Below, piece after piece: positions 1 through 8,638 of a DNA stretch of 54,981 nucleotides (within the stretch, counting starts at the first letter, position 1; each line of letters begins with the position of its first letter). Location of the stretch: positions 1 to 54,981 of the forward strand of contig CAISOV010000083.1 in the NCBI GenBank assembly GCA_903887175.1. Reading direction: 5' to 3'. The DNA is from an uncultured Micrococcales bacterium (lineage in GTDB: Bacteria; Actinomycetota; Actinomycetes; Actinomycetales; Microbacteriaceae). Below the pieces are notes generated by a model. It saw only the letters and a list, made by a program, of their open reading frames with translations. It was not told the DNA's origin and did not search any database. A program made the translations under genes and the position numbers.

Positions 1-1266
1 AAGACACGTGTTGCCGAAGTGGCTCCTTATTTGACACTTGACAGCGACCCATACCCAGCAATCGTTGACGGTCGAGTTCAATGGATCGTTGACGGCTACA
101 CCACCTCGGCAAACTACCCTTATTCGAGGGCTGAAAACATGGGCGACAGCATTGCCGACAGCAACACTTCTTCGCCCAGCTCGCTCGACAACATCAACTA
201 CATTCGCAACTCGGTCAAAGCCACAGTTGACGCATATGATGGCTCAGTCAAACTTTATGCCTGGGACACCACTGACCCGATTTTGAAAACTTGGATGAAG
301 GTTTACCCTGGCACGGTTCGCCCAATCAGTGAAATGTCGGGTCAGTTGCTCAGCCACGTTCGTTACCCTGAAGACCTTTTCAAAATGCAGCGCGCTATTT
401 TGGGCCAGTATCACGTGACTGATGCGGGTTCGTTCTATTCGCAACAAGACGCTTGGATGACCCCGAACGACCCGGTGGGTGTGAACGGCGGTTCGAGCCA
501 CCTGCAGCCTCCTTATTACTCGACAATGCAGGCGCCGGGTCAAAGCGCTCCGGCGTTCTCGCTGTATTCAACGTTTATTCCACGCTCAACCGGCGCCTCA
601 GCACGAAACGTGTTGACGGGGTATTTGGTGGCAAACAGCGACGCCGGCTCGACCGCTGGCGTTAAGGGCGCTAACTACGGAAAACTTGAGCTGCTGTCGT
701 TACCTCGAGACACGGTGGTGCCAGGCCCAGGCCAGGTGCAGGCCATGTTCAACGCTGACTCTGATGTTTCGCGCTTGCTCAACCTTTTGCGCCAAGGGTC
801 AACCGATGTTCTTAACGGAAACCTTTTGACGTTGCCGGTTGGCGGCGGTCTGCTTTATGTGCAGCCGGTTTATATCAAATCAACTGGCGAAACCAGTTTT
901 CCTCTGCTCAAAAAAGTGCTGGTGGCTTTTGGCGACAAGATCGCCTTCGAAGACACTTTGAACGGCGCTCTCGACTCGCTCTTTGGCGGCAGCACAGGCG
1001 GCACGGGAACTGGAACTGGTACGGGTACGGGCACCGGAACCGGCACTGGAACGGGCACCGGCACAGGAACCGGCACTGGAACAGGCACAGGCACTGGAAC
1101 AGGAACCGGCACTAACACTGCTCTTGCAACCGCGTTGAAGGCCGCTAAACAGGCCATGGCCGACAAAGCCACGGCAATGGCCGCAAGCGACTGGGCTGCC
1201 TATGGCAAGGCTGAGGCCGCATTGACTAAAGCTATCAACGACGCAATTGCCGCTGAGTCTAAATAG
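1..1266 (+). CDS. UPF0182 family membrane protein, 5'-truncated by the window edge
   Basis: Frame is open from base 1 ([19 protein letters not shown]). Family motifs [57 protein letters not shown]. Followed by tRNA-Met, the usual actinobacterial arrangement. Confidence 0.92.
   Translation, partial: KTRVAEVAPYLTLDSDPYPAIVDGRVQWIVDGYTTSANYPYSRAENMGDSIADSNTSSPSSLDNINYIRNSVKATVDAYDGSVKLYAWDTTDPILKTWMKVYPGTVRPISEMSGQLLSHVRYPEDLFKMQRAILGQYHVTDAGSFYSQQDAWMTPNDPVGVNGGSSHLQPPYYSTMQAPGQSAPAFSLYSTFIPRSTGASARNVLTGYLVANSDAGSTAGVKGANYGKLELLSLPRDTVVPGPGQVQAMFNADSDVSRLLNLLRQGSTDVLNGNLLTLPVGGGLLYVQPVYIKSTGETSFPLLKKVLVAFGDKIAFEDTLNGALDSLFGGSTGGTGTGTGTGTGTGTGTGTGTGTGTGTGTGTGTGTGTGTNTALATALKAAKQAMADKATAMAASDWAAYGKAEAALTKAINDAIAAESK
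1000..1113 (+). repeat. (Gly-Thr)19 coding repeat (GGN-ACN hexamers with varied third positions)
   Basis: ggc acg gga act gga act ggt acg ... ggc act; 114 nt = 38 codons. Confidence 0.97.
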
Positions 1267-1339
1267 CCAAGCTTCTCTAACACCGCAGCCAAGCTCAAGT
1301 CGCTTTTCAAACCGCGTTGTGATAGAGTTGGGACTTCGC

Positions 1340-1416
1340 CGCGGGGTGGAGCAGTTCGGTAGCTCGCCGGGCTCATAACCCGGAGGTCGTAGGTTCAAAT
1401 CCTGCCCCCGCAACCA
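1340..1416 (+). tRNA. Initiator tRNA-fMet (CAT)
   Basis: Cloverleaf CGCGGGG...CCCCGCAACCA; anticodon loop CT-CAT-AA; C1:A72 mismatch; three consecutive G:C pairs in the anticodon stem; CCA encoded. Confidence 0.97.
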
Positions 1417-1418
1417 AA

Positions 1419-1453
1419 GAAAACCCCTCTCTGCTCGAGGGGTTTTCGCTTTT
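1419..1453 (+). terminator. Intrinsic terminator after tRNA-fMet
   Basis: GAAAACCCCTC / GAGGGGTTTTC inverted repeat followed by a T-rich stretch. Confidence 0.8.
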
Positions 1454-1528
1454 AAGTGCCGAAGCGCACCTCAAGCCCCCTGTGCACAAAGCACACTGCC
1501 AAATATCTGTGTGGGCTATTTTCGTGCC

Positions 1529-2344
1529 ATGCGAAAAATCTTCTTAGTTCAGGCGGCAGCAATATTCATATTGTTTTCAACGGTGGTGATGCCATTTGCG
1601 CCGACAATAGCTTTGGCAACTAACACTTGCGATGCGGGGCTGGGCAAACCGGGTTTCAAAGTCGGTGGGCGCACCTTGGGCTCAGTTGTCACCTTGTGCG
1701 CAAAATATGTGGCTGACCACACGGCCGGGCACTCAATTGCTCCGCTCGCAAATGGGGCTGGGATGGGCCAAGATCACCACGCCTTCAAGCCCAAGCATTC
1801 GAAAAGTATTGCCGAACCACTCGATGTCAAGGCCAAATTGAGACTTTTGCATCGACGTTTGGCAATGGCAGCAAATAACAGTTTTTCGCCTAACCCGCTG
1901 ATTATTCGAAGTTCGATGGGCACAGCAAAGTTGAGGCAGCCTGTAATCATCAGCGTCGCGCACAATCGACAGTTTCGGCTGGCTTATCTGTTGTCGAGAT
2001 TTGTAGCACTTCGCTTCACACCAATCAAAATCGACTTTCATGTCGATGCCAAAGCTCGCCAAAAATATAGTTTTACCCGGCCGTTTAGTTCATCAGTGCG
2101 ATTTTTTTCAACAGGATTCCACACCATTCGCGCCCTAGTCACTTATCGTGCAGAATTTCGAGTAAATGGTTCAAAGCTCTGGCAAAACGTGCCTGGCGAA
2201 CCTGTCTTAGCTGCATTGCCAACTCGAGTCTTAGTAATTCAGAAACCTGCGCACCCTCGCGATCCTGAGCCCACAACCAAAAGGTCATATCTGGTTGCTG
2301 ATGATTGTCTGTCGCAACTAGAAAATATTGGTTGTCTTAATTAA
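1529..2344 (+). CDS. Secreted hypothetical protein with a PKD-like/Ig-like C-terminal region
   Basis: Signal peptide MRKIFLVQAAAIFILFSTVVMPFAPTIALA. The segment LRFTP...GFHTIRALVTYRAEFRVNGSKLWQNVPG resembles actinobacterial PKD-domain proteins. ATG 1529 lies 6 nt after TATTTT (ORF track starts at 1511). Confidence 0.6.
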   Translation: MRKIFLVQAAAIFILFSTVVMPFAPTIALATNTCDAGLGKPGFKVGGRTLGSVVTLCAKYVADHTAGHSIAPLANGAGMGQDHHAFKPKHSKSIAEPLDVKAKLRLLHRRLAMAANNSFSPNPLIIRSSMGTAKLRQPVIISVAHNRQFRLAYLLSRFVALRFTPIKIDFHVDAKARQKYSFTRPFSSSVRFFSTGFHTIRALVTYRAEFRVNGSKLWQNVPGEPVLAALPTRVLVIQKPAHPRDPEPTTKRSYLVADDCLSQLENIGCLN

Positions 2345-2419
2345 TCTTTCAGACTTCGTTCATAGACTTAACCTCGCTTGCGAGTGAAATCGCATTCACA
2401 AAGCAGTGAAAGGTTTGAA

Positions 2420-3787
2420 ATGTCTGACACCCAACCAAACAAATCAGTTGATTTATCTGAAGAGACCGAATCGGCGGCAGCCGACGCTGCTTCGGTAGAC
2501 GCGCCTGCCGTTGATGCGCCGGCATTCGACGCGCCAGTTGTCGATGCGCCGCGCGTTTCTTTTGGCCTGAGTGGTTCTTTGCAAGACATTCAATCAAACA
2601 CGCAGTTTGTTTCGGCATCGCCGGTCAACGTTAAGGTTTGGCCTGCCATCGAAGACGCACCAAGTCGTCTTGGTGCCTTTGGCGCCCGCATCTCGAGCGC
2701 ATCGATAGTTCTTTTGGCCGTAGGCGTGCTGGTCGGCGGTGCAATCGGGGGAGCCACTGCTACAGCCCTCTTCAGCGCAAACAACCACAGCAGCATGGGC
2801 ATCACGATTAACAACCCCGAGAGCATCAGTTGGGCTACCGGTGCAGCTGCTAAAGCCTCGCAGTCAGTCGTGACGATTTCGGTTGACGGTTCAGGCAGTA
2901 GTGGCATCGGCAGTGGCGTGATACTCAGTGCTGACGGTTATATTTTGACCAACACACACGTTGTAACGCTTGAAGGGGCAACGACTTCGGCAAGCATCCA
3001 GGTCAAGTTTTCTGACGGCCGCATTGTTGCCGCGCGCCTTGTGGGCACAGACCCAACCAATGACCTGGCGGTTGTCAAAGTTGATGCCGCCGGCCTTCAG
3101 CCGGCAACATTCGCTGATTCATCAAAGCTCAACGTTGGCGATGCCGTGTTGGCGATTGGTGCTCCACTAGGTTTAGATGCCACGGTCACGAAGGGCATCA
3201 TCTCAACCTTGAACCGAACAATCGACGAGGCTTCTTCAGCGCCAAACGCGGCTGCCAGCGGCGCCACAATTCACATGTCTGTGATTCAAACCGATGCTGC
3301 CATCAACCCCGGCAACTCGGGCGGCGCACTGGTTGACTCAAACGGTGATGTGATCGGCATCAACGTTGCGATTGCAACTGCGAGCGCCACCAGCTTGGGT
3401 GGGCAAGCCGGAAGCATCGGTGTCGGCTTCGCTATTCCGGCAAATGTTGCTCAGCGCATCGCCGATGACATTATGGCAAACGGCAAAGCAACCCATGGTT
3501 TGCTAGGCGCTCAGATTTATAACAATGCCAAAGCAAATGCCGTTGATGCTTTTAGCAACGGAGCCAAAGTTGACTCGCTAACAGCTGGCGGTCCGGGTGA
3601 AACCGCGGGGCTCAAAAAAGGCGACGTCATTACTATGCTGAACGACTCAAAAGTGACCACCGCGTCAGATTTGACTGCCTTAGTGCGACAGCAACCAGCG
3701 GGAGCCACAGTGAAGTTGACAATTTTGCGCGGCACTTCGACCATCAGCATTACAGTTGTGTTGGGCAACGCTGACAGCGTTAAATAG
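2420..3787 (+). CDS. htrA: HtrA/DegP-like S1C serine protease with N-terminal TM segment and one PDZ domain
   Basis: GSGVI..DGYILTNTHVV (His), TNDLAVVKV (Asp), QTDAAINPGNSGGAL (Ser), C-terminal PDZ; GAAAGG RBS before ATG 2420. Confidence 0.92.
   Translation: MSDTQPNKSVDLSEETESAAADAASVDAPAVDAPAFDAPVVDAPRVSFGLSGSLQDIQSNTQFVSASPVNVKVWPAIEDAPSRLGAFGARISSASIVLLAVGVLVGGAIGGATATALFSANNHSSMGITINNPESISWATGAAAKASQSVVTISVDGSGSSGIGSGVILSADGYILTNTHVVTLEGATTSASIQVKFSDGRIVAARLVGTDPTNDLAVVKVDAAGLQPATFADSSKLNVGDAVLAIGAPLGLDATVTKGIISTLNRTIDEASSAPNAAASGATIHMSVIQTDAAINPGNSGGALVDSNGDVIGINVAIATASATSLGGQAGSIGVGFAIPANVAQRIADDIMANGKATHGLLGAQIYNNAKANAVDAFSNGAKVDSLTAGGPGETAGLKKGDVITMLNDSKVTTASDLTALVRQQPAGATVKLTILRGTSTISITVVLGNADSVK
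2495..2551 (+). repeat. Four 15-nt coding repeats (VDAPA-VDAPA-FDAPV-VDAP) in the HtrA cytoplasmic tail
   Basis: gtagacgcgcctgcc gttgatgcgccggca ttcgacgcgccagtt gtcgatgcgccg. Confidence 0.8.
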
Positions 3788-3804
3788 CTACTAACTTCAA
3801 CTTG

Positions 3805-4113
3805 ATGCAGGTTTTGATGTCTGATTTCGGTCGCGAGACTATTGGTGGCGGTGGATCAACCGCAATAGAAGAGCGTTCGCTTCAAGAGCAAAGCATCGAA
3901 CCTGGCGATCACGAGCGCTATTCACACTATGTGCGCAAAGAGAAAATCGTTGAGTCAGCCGTTATGGGCACGCCGGTGGTTGCGCTCTGCGGCAAAGTGT
4001 GGGTTCCTGGCCGCGATCCTCAGAAGTTTCCGGTTTGCCCCGCTTGCAAAGATATTTATGAAGGCATCAAACCCGAGCCACCAGCTGACAACAGCGGCGG
4101 CGACCAAGCCTAA
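3805..4113 (+). CDS. DUF3039 domain protein (CxxC-containing)
   Basis: GDHERYSHYV.KEKI.ESAV.GTPVVALCGKVWVP.RDP.KFPVCPACK. Start is 3805 (7 nt after TAACTT) or 3817. Confidence 0.9.
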   Translation: MQVLMSDFGRETIGGGGSTAIEERSLQEQSIEPGDHERYSHYVRKEKIVESAVMGTPVVALCGKVWVPGRDPQKFPVCPACKDIYEGIKPEPPADNSGGDQA

Positions 4114-4128
4114 GCACCAATACTTTGG

Positions 4129-5454
4129 CTAGCTGAGCAAGGTTGAAATGCCCGGTTCACCGCGAGTCAATCGCAGAGCTTGAGCCGGCAGGGCAGCTAT
4201 AACTTTTGCGTGATGGTTTCGAGCGTTTAGCGTGCCTTCGGGGCCGACAAACTCTTCGACTGCGATGCCTAAGTTCATCAACTCAACGATAAGGTTGCGT
4301 TCGTTTAGGCTTTCAGTTGAGTCATTTTTGCTTTGTGGCGCACCAGCGATTTGTGAGTGAACGATCTCTGCGGTCGCGATTCCTTGAGCGTCGTGACGTC
4401 GCACGGCAGTTTTGCGCCCGGCAATATTTGCTTTTTGGGCTGAGGTTTTTGCCACGTTGACCCAGTCACCGCCCGGTTGCTGGTGCGACACCAGTTTGTA
4501 GACAAAACCTGCAGTTGGCGCGCCTGATCCGGTTGCCACCGAAGTTCCCACCCCATAAGAGTTCACTGGGGCAGCGGCAAGAGCAGCTATCGCATATTCG
4601 TCGAGGTCATTTGTGACGGTTATTTTGGTATTTTTTGCACCAAGGTCATCAAGCAGCGCGCGCACCTTAGCGATTTCAATAGCAAGGTCGCCCGAGTCGA
4701 TGCGAACCGCGCCGAGTTCAGGCCCAGCAACCTCAATAGCTTTTCGCACGCCAGCTTCGATGCTGTAGGTGTCAATCAGAAGTGTCGTTGCGGTTCCAAA
4801 GGTTTCGATTTGGGCTCTAAAAGCAGCTTCTTCGGTGTCATGCATGAGTGTGAAAGCGTGAGCAGCTGTGCCCATGGTTGGAATGTTCCAGCTGCGCCCA
4901 GCCTCAAGATTTGAGGTGGCAGCGAATCCGGCAATATAGGCAGCCCGGGCAGCGGCAACCGCAGCAATTTCGCTAACCCGGCGGCTGCCCATTTCGGCAA
5001 GGTTGCGCCCAGCGGCAGCGCTTTTCATGCGGGCGGCGGCACTTGCCACCGCGGTGTCAAAGTTGAGCACTGACAGCACCAGAGTCTCAAGCACAACAGC
5101 TTCTGCAAAGCTCGCCTCAACAGTTAGCACGGGGGAGTAGCCGAAATATATCTCGCCTTCGCGATAGCCCGAGATGTTGCCGCTGAACTTATAGTTGGCT
5201 AACCAGTTCAGGGTTTCGCTATCAACGACGTTGTTGGTCGCGAGAAATTCGAGGTCATTAGATTGAAATCTGAAATCGGCTATGCGTTCGAGAAGTCGAC
5301 CTGTGCCAGCAAATACCCCGTAACGCCTGCCAGCTGGCAGCGAACGCGCAAAGACTTCAAAGACTGCTTGGCGGTCGGCAACGCCAGAATGACGAGCAGC
5401 TTGAAGCATCGTCAACTCATAGCGGTCGGTGAGCAAAGCAGAAGTTTTTAGCAC
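4129..5454 (-). CDS. pncB: Nicotinate phosphoribosyltransferase
   Basis: [51 protein letters not shown]. Confidence 0.95.
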   Translation of the reverse strand: MLKTSALLTDRYELTMLQAARHSGVADRQAVFEVFARSLPAGRRYGVFAGTGRLLERIADFRFQSNDLEFLATNNVVDSETLNWLANYKFSGNISGYREGEIYFGYSPVLTVEASFAEAVVLETLVLSVLNFDTAVASAAARMKSAAAGRNLAEMGSRRVSEIAAVAAARAAYIAGFAATSNLEAGRSWNIPTMGTAAHAFTLMHDTEEAAFRAQIETFGTATTLLIDTYSIEAGVRKAIEVAGPELGAVRIDSGDLAIEIAKVRALLDDLGAKNTKITVTNDLDEYAIAALAAAPVNSYGVGTSVATGSGAPTAGFVYKLVSHQQPGGDWVNVAKTSAQKANIAGRKTAVRRHDAQGIATAEIVHSQIAGAPQSKNDSTESLNERNLIVELMNLGIAVEEFVGPEGTLNARNHHAKVIAALPAQALRLTRGEPGISTLLS

Positions 5455-5529
5455 CCATTTAGCCTAGCTCGAGCTCGTTGCAAGTGCGCAGCCAACTTTT
5501 GTTGGGTCTGCCCGAATAGACTTGAAAAC

Positions 5530-6330
5530 GTGAATAATGCACCGATTGGAATCTTTGACTCTGGCGTAGGAGGCTTGACGGTGGCTCGCGCCATCATCGA
5601 CCAGTTGCCAAATGAGTCAATCATCTATTTGGGTGATACTGCCAACTCGCCCTATGGTCCTCGAAGCATTCCTGAAGTGCGTGAATTGGCCCTTGATGTG
5701 ATGGATCGCCTGGTTGATGAAGGCGTCAAACTTTTGGTGATTGCCTGCAACTCGGCTTCAGCCGCAGTTTTGCGCGATGCCCGGGAACGTTACACCGATG
5801 GTCGAGGAATTCCGGTTGTCGAGGTAATCTTGCCAGCTGCCCGTCGGGCCGTAGCTGCAACGCGCAATCACAAGGTCGGCGTAATCGGCACCAGCGCAAC
5901 TGTGGCTTCACGCGCCTACGACGATGCCTTTGCCGCTGCCGTTGACCTCACGATCACCAGCCAGGCTTGCCCCGACTTTGTGAGCTTCGTTGAGCGGGGC
6001 GAAACCTCTGGCCCAGCGTTGCTTGCCGCCGCCGAGGCCTACCTGGCCCCGATCAAAGCCGCAGGCGTCGACACGCTTGTGCTCGGTTGCACGCACTACC
6101 CGTTGCTCACCGGCGCCATCAGCTATGTGATGGGTGACACGGTTACTTTGGTCTCGAGCGCCGAAGAAACCGCTAAAGACGTTTATCGCACTTTGGTTGC
6201 GCATAATCTTGAGCGCAATGAACAAAGCGCGCCAACATATCGATTTCAGGCCACTGGCAACGCCGGCGAATTCGAACGACTAGCACGCAGATTTTTGGGG
6301 CCCGAGGTTGGCTCTGTTGAACACATTTAG
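5530..6330 (+). CDS. murI: Glutamate racemase
   Basis: [30 protein letters not shown]. Confidence 0.97.
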   Translation: MNNAPIGIFDSGVGGLTVARAIIDQLPNESIIYLGDTANSPYGPRSIPEVRELALDVMDRLVDEGVKLLVIACNSASAAVLRDARERYTDGRGIPVVEVILPAARRAVAATRNHKVGVIGTSATVASRAYDDAFAAAVDLTITSQACPDFVSFVERGETSGPALLAAAEAYLAPIKAAGVDTLVLGCTHYPLLTGAISYVMGDTVTLVSSAEETAKDVYRTLVAHNLERNEQSAPTYRFQATGNAGEFERLARRFLGPEVGSVEHI

Positions 6331-6351
6331 CTTCTAAAAGAAAGAATCAGC

Positions 6352-7089
6352 ATGAACCTTAGAGCCGATGGCCGCAGCGCCGACGAACTTCGCCCAGTCA
6401 CAATTGAGCGCGGGTGGGCGGCGCACGCTGAAGGCAGCGCACTCATTAGTTTTGGCAACACCAAGGTTTTGTGCACCGCTAGTTTCACCAACGGGGTGCC
6501 GCGCTGGAAACTCGGCAAAGGCGAAGGTTGGGTAACGGCCGAGTACTCGATGCTGCCAAGGGCAACCAACACTCGCAATGACCGCGAGTCAGTCAAAGGC
6601 AAGATTGGTGGCCGCACTCACGAGATTTCTCGCCTAATCGGTCGCTCACTTCGCGCTGCAGTTGATGTTCGTGCGCTGGGCGAGAACACTATCGTCATTG
6701 ACTGTGACGTTTTGCAGGCTGACGGCGGCACTCGCACGGCTGCCATCACGGGTGCTTACCTCGCGCTCGCCGATGCCATCGAATGGGGCCGTGCGCAAAA
6801 GTTCATTGCGCAAAAGGCAAACCCTCTAGTCGAAAGCATTTCGGCTATTTCAGTTGGCATAATCGACGGCGTGCCGATGCTCGATTTGGCCTACACCGAG
6901 GACGTTCGCGCTGAAACTGACATGAATGTAGTAGTGACTGGCTCGGGAAAATTTGTTGAAGTTCAAGGCACAGCTGAAGGTGCAGCTTTTGATCGTGATG
7001 AGCTAAATTTGCTTCTTGACCTAGCGCTAAAAGGCACCGGTGAGCTCAGCAAAATTCAGGGGGCAGCGCTTGCCCAGATTGCCGGCTAA
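6352..7089 (+). CDS. rph: Ribonuclease PH
   Basis: [52 protein letters not shown]. Confidence 0.97.
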   Translation: MNLRADGRSADELRPVTIERGWAAHAEGSALISFGNTKVLCTASFTNGVPRWKLGKGEGWVTAEYSMLPRATNTRNDRESVKGKIGGRTHEISRLIGRSLRAAVDVRALGENTIVIDCDVLQADGGTRTAAITGAYLALADAIEWGRAQKFIAQKANPLVESISAISVGIIDGVPMLDLAYTEDVRAETDMNVVVTGSGKFVEVQGTAEGAAFDRDELNLLLDLALKGTGELSKIQGAALAQIAG

Positions 7090-7098
7090 AGCAAATAA

Positions 7099-7689
7099 AT
7101 GTCAAAAATAAAATTGGTTTTAGCAACTCACAATCAACATAAAGTTGTCGAATTAGCTGCAATTTTGAAACCGCTTGCACCAGGTGTCGAGTTGGTCGGC
7201 TATGACGGGCCTGAGCCCGTCGAAGACGGGCTGACTTATGCCGAGAATGCTTTGATCAAAGCTAGGGCCGCCCATCAGCACACGGGTCTGCCAGCAATCG
7301 CTGATGATTCGGGCATAGCGGTCGAAGTTCTTGGCGGAGCTCCAGGCATTTTTTCGGCTAGATGGTCAGGCACCCGCGATGCTGTTGCGAACCGGCGATT
7401 GTTGCTAGAGCAGATAAAAGATGTTCGACCTGAGCACCGTGGCGCCGCATTTGTCTGCACGATAGCGTTGGTTGGCTTTGTCGGCGAAGACGAAGTGACA
7501 TTCACAGGAATCTGGCCAGGCGAGGTTGCTTTCGCTGAAACCGGCGAGGCAGGCTTTGGCTATGACCCAGTGTTTGTTCCCGAAGGTTTCGAGGTTTCAG
7601 CTGCTGAACTCGAGCCCGAGGTGAAGAATTCGATGAGCCACCGAAACCTTGCCATAGAGCAGCTTGCAAGCTATTTGGCCAACACCTAG
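7099..7689 (+). CDS. rdgB: Non-canonical purine NTP pyrophosphatase (RdgB/HAM1)
   Basis: LATHNQHK, ENALIKA, ADDSG, GFGYDPVF, KNSMSHR; follows rph. Confidence 0.95.
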   Translation: MSKIKLVLATHNQHKVVELAAILKPLAPGVELVGYDGPEPVEDGLTYAENALIKARAAHQHTGLPAIADDSGIAVEVLGGAPGIFSARWSGTRDAVANRRLLLEQIKDVRPEHRGAAFVCTIALVGFVGEDEVTFTGIWPGEVAFAETGEAGFGYDPVFVPEGFEVSAAELEPEVKNSMSHRNLAIEQLASYLANT

Positions 7690-7730
7690 CCGTTGCAAAG
7701 TCTTGACTTGAAACTTCTTAAGCCCAGCTT

Positions 7731-8348
7731 CTAGCGGTGTTCGCGTCTAGCTTTCAGAACTTCAATCAGAATCGGAATAGTCGAAACCACGACGAACCCC
7801 AATGTGAAGTATTCGACGTGTTTTGCCACGAAGTCAACTCGACCTAAGAAGAAGCCAAGCAAGGTGACTCCGGTAGCCCAGCCAATAACACCGATCACAT
7901 TGAACATGGTGAAACGTCGGTGTGACATTTGACCAACACCTGCGGCGACCGGAACGAAGGTGCGCATAACTGGCACAAAATGCGCCAAAATGATCGCGCG
8001 TGAACCGTATCGTTCAAAGAATGAGTTAGTGCGCGAGACGTTCTTTTGGCTGAAAAACTTTGAGTCAGGTTTGTTAAAGATCGCGGGCCCAGCTTTGCGG
8101 CCAATAAAGTACCCGGTCTGGTCGCCTGCGAACGCAGCGACCGACACCACGAGACACACGAACCAAATCGGAAAATCGATGGCGTGGCTTGCCACCATGA
8201 GCCCGACGGGGAACAGCAAGCTGTCGCCTGGCAAGAAAAAGCCCACTAAGAGGCCAGTCTCGGCGAAGATGGCCGCAAAGACTATCAGCAGCGCAATCGG
8301 GCCCAGGGTTGACAGGTTTTCTTGTGATAGTGCAGTTATTCCAAACAT
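7731..8348 (-). CDS. DedA/VTT family membrane protein
   Basis: IFAETGLLVGFFLPGDSLL, GDQTGYFIG, FFERYG, FVPVMRTFVP. Confidence 0.93.
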   Translation of the reverse strand: MFGITALSQENLSTLGPIALLIVFAAIFAETGLLVGFFLPGDSLLFPVGLMVASHAIDFPIWFVCLVVSVAAFAGDQTGYFIGRKAGPAIFNKPDSKFFSQKNVSRTNSFFERYGSRAIILAHFVPVMRTFVPVAAGVGQMSHRRFTMFNVIGVIGWATGVTLLGFFLGRVDFVAKHVEYFTLGFVVVSTIPILIEVLKARREHR

Positions 8349-8349
8349 G

Positions 8350-8421
8350 TGCCCCTAGCAGGAATCGAACCTGCGCACCCGCCTTCGGAGGGCGGCGCTC
8401 TATCCCCTGAGCTATAGGGGC
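8350..8421 (-). tRNA. tRNA-Arg (CCG), CCA not encoded
   Basis: Reverse complement GCCCCTATAGCTCAGGGGATAGAGCGCCGCC-CT-CCG-AA-GGCGGGTGCGCAGGTTCGATTCCTGCTAGGGGCA. Confidence 0.95.
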
Positions 8422-8512
8422 TAAGGGTTCACTAAAAGCCTAACAGCTGACCTTTGCTGCCAGTTTTGTGGCCTTTCAAAATTGCTTTAAAGTATCGAGT
8501 AATGGCAATTCC

Positions 8513-8567
8513 TGCAAGCGTTTACAAAGATTTGGTAACGATGCGTTATTTTGCGCAAGCGATTGCA
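8513..8567. promoter_or_regulatory. Two LacI/GalR-type operators upstream of the sugar ABC operon
   Basis: TGCAAGCGTTTACA (8513-8526) and CGCAAGCGATTGCA (8554-8567) both fit TGnAAnCGnTTnCA with the central CG. Confidence 0.72.
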
Positions 8568-8638
8568 TATTTTTGACCTAAAGTCACATTAGACGAAAGC
8601 ACAACCGTGCTGGAGTTCTTAGGAAAGGAAAACGAACT

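Noticed and set aside
1000-1113. CRISPR-like or non-coding repeat array
   Set aside because: 6-nt in-frame coding periodicity with no spacers and no cas genes.
870-1413. Minus-strand ORFs including a (VP)n repeat protein and a 177-aa ORF
   Set aside because: Antisense shadows of the Gly-Thr repeat and of tRNA-fMet; no independent coding evidence.
1340-2344. Possible genomic island integrated at tRNA-fMet
   Set aside because: No integrase, no duplicated tRNA 3' end seen, and core genes resume immediately.
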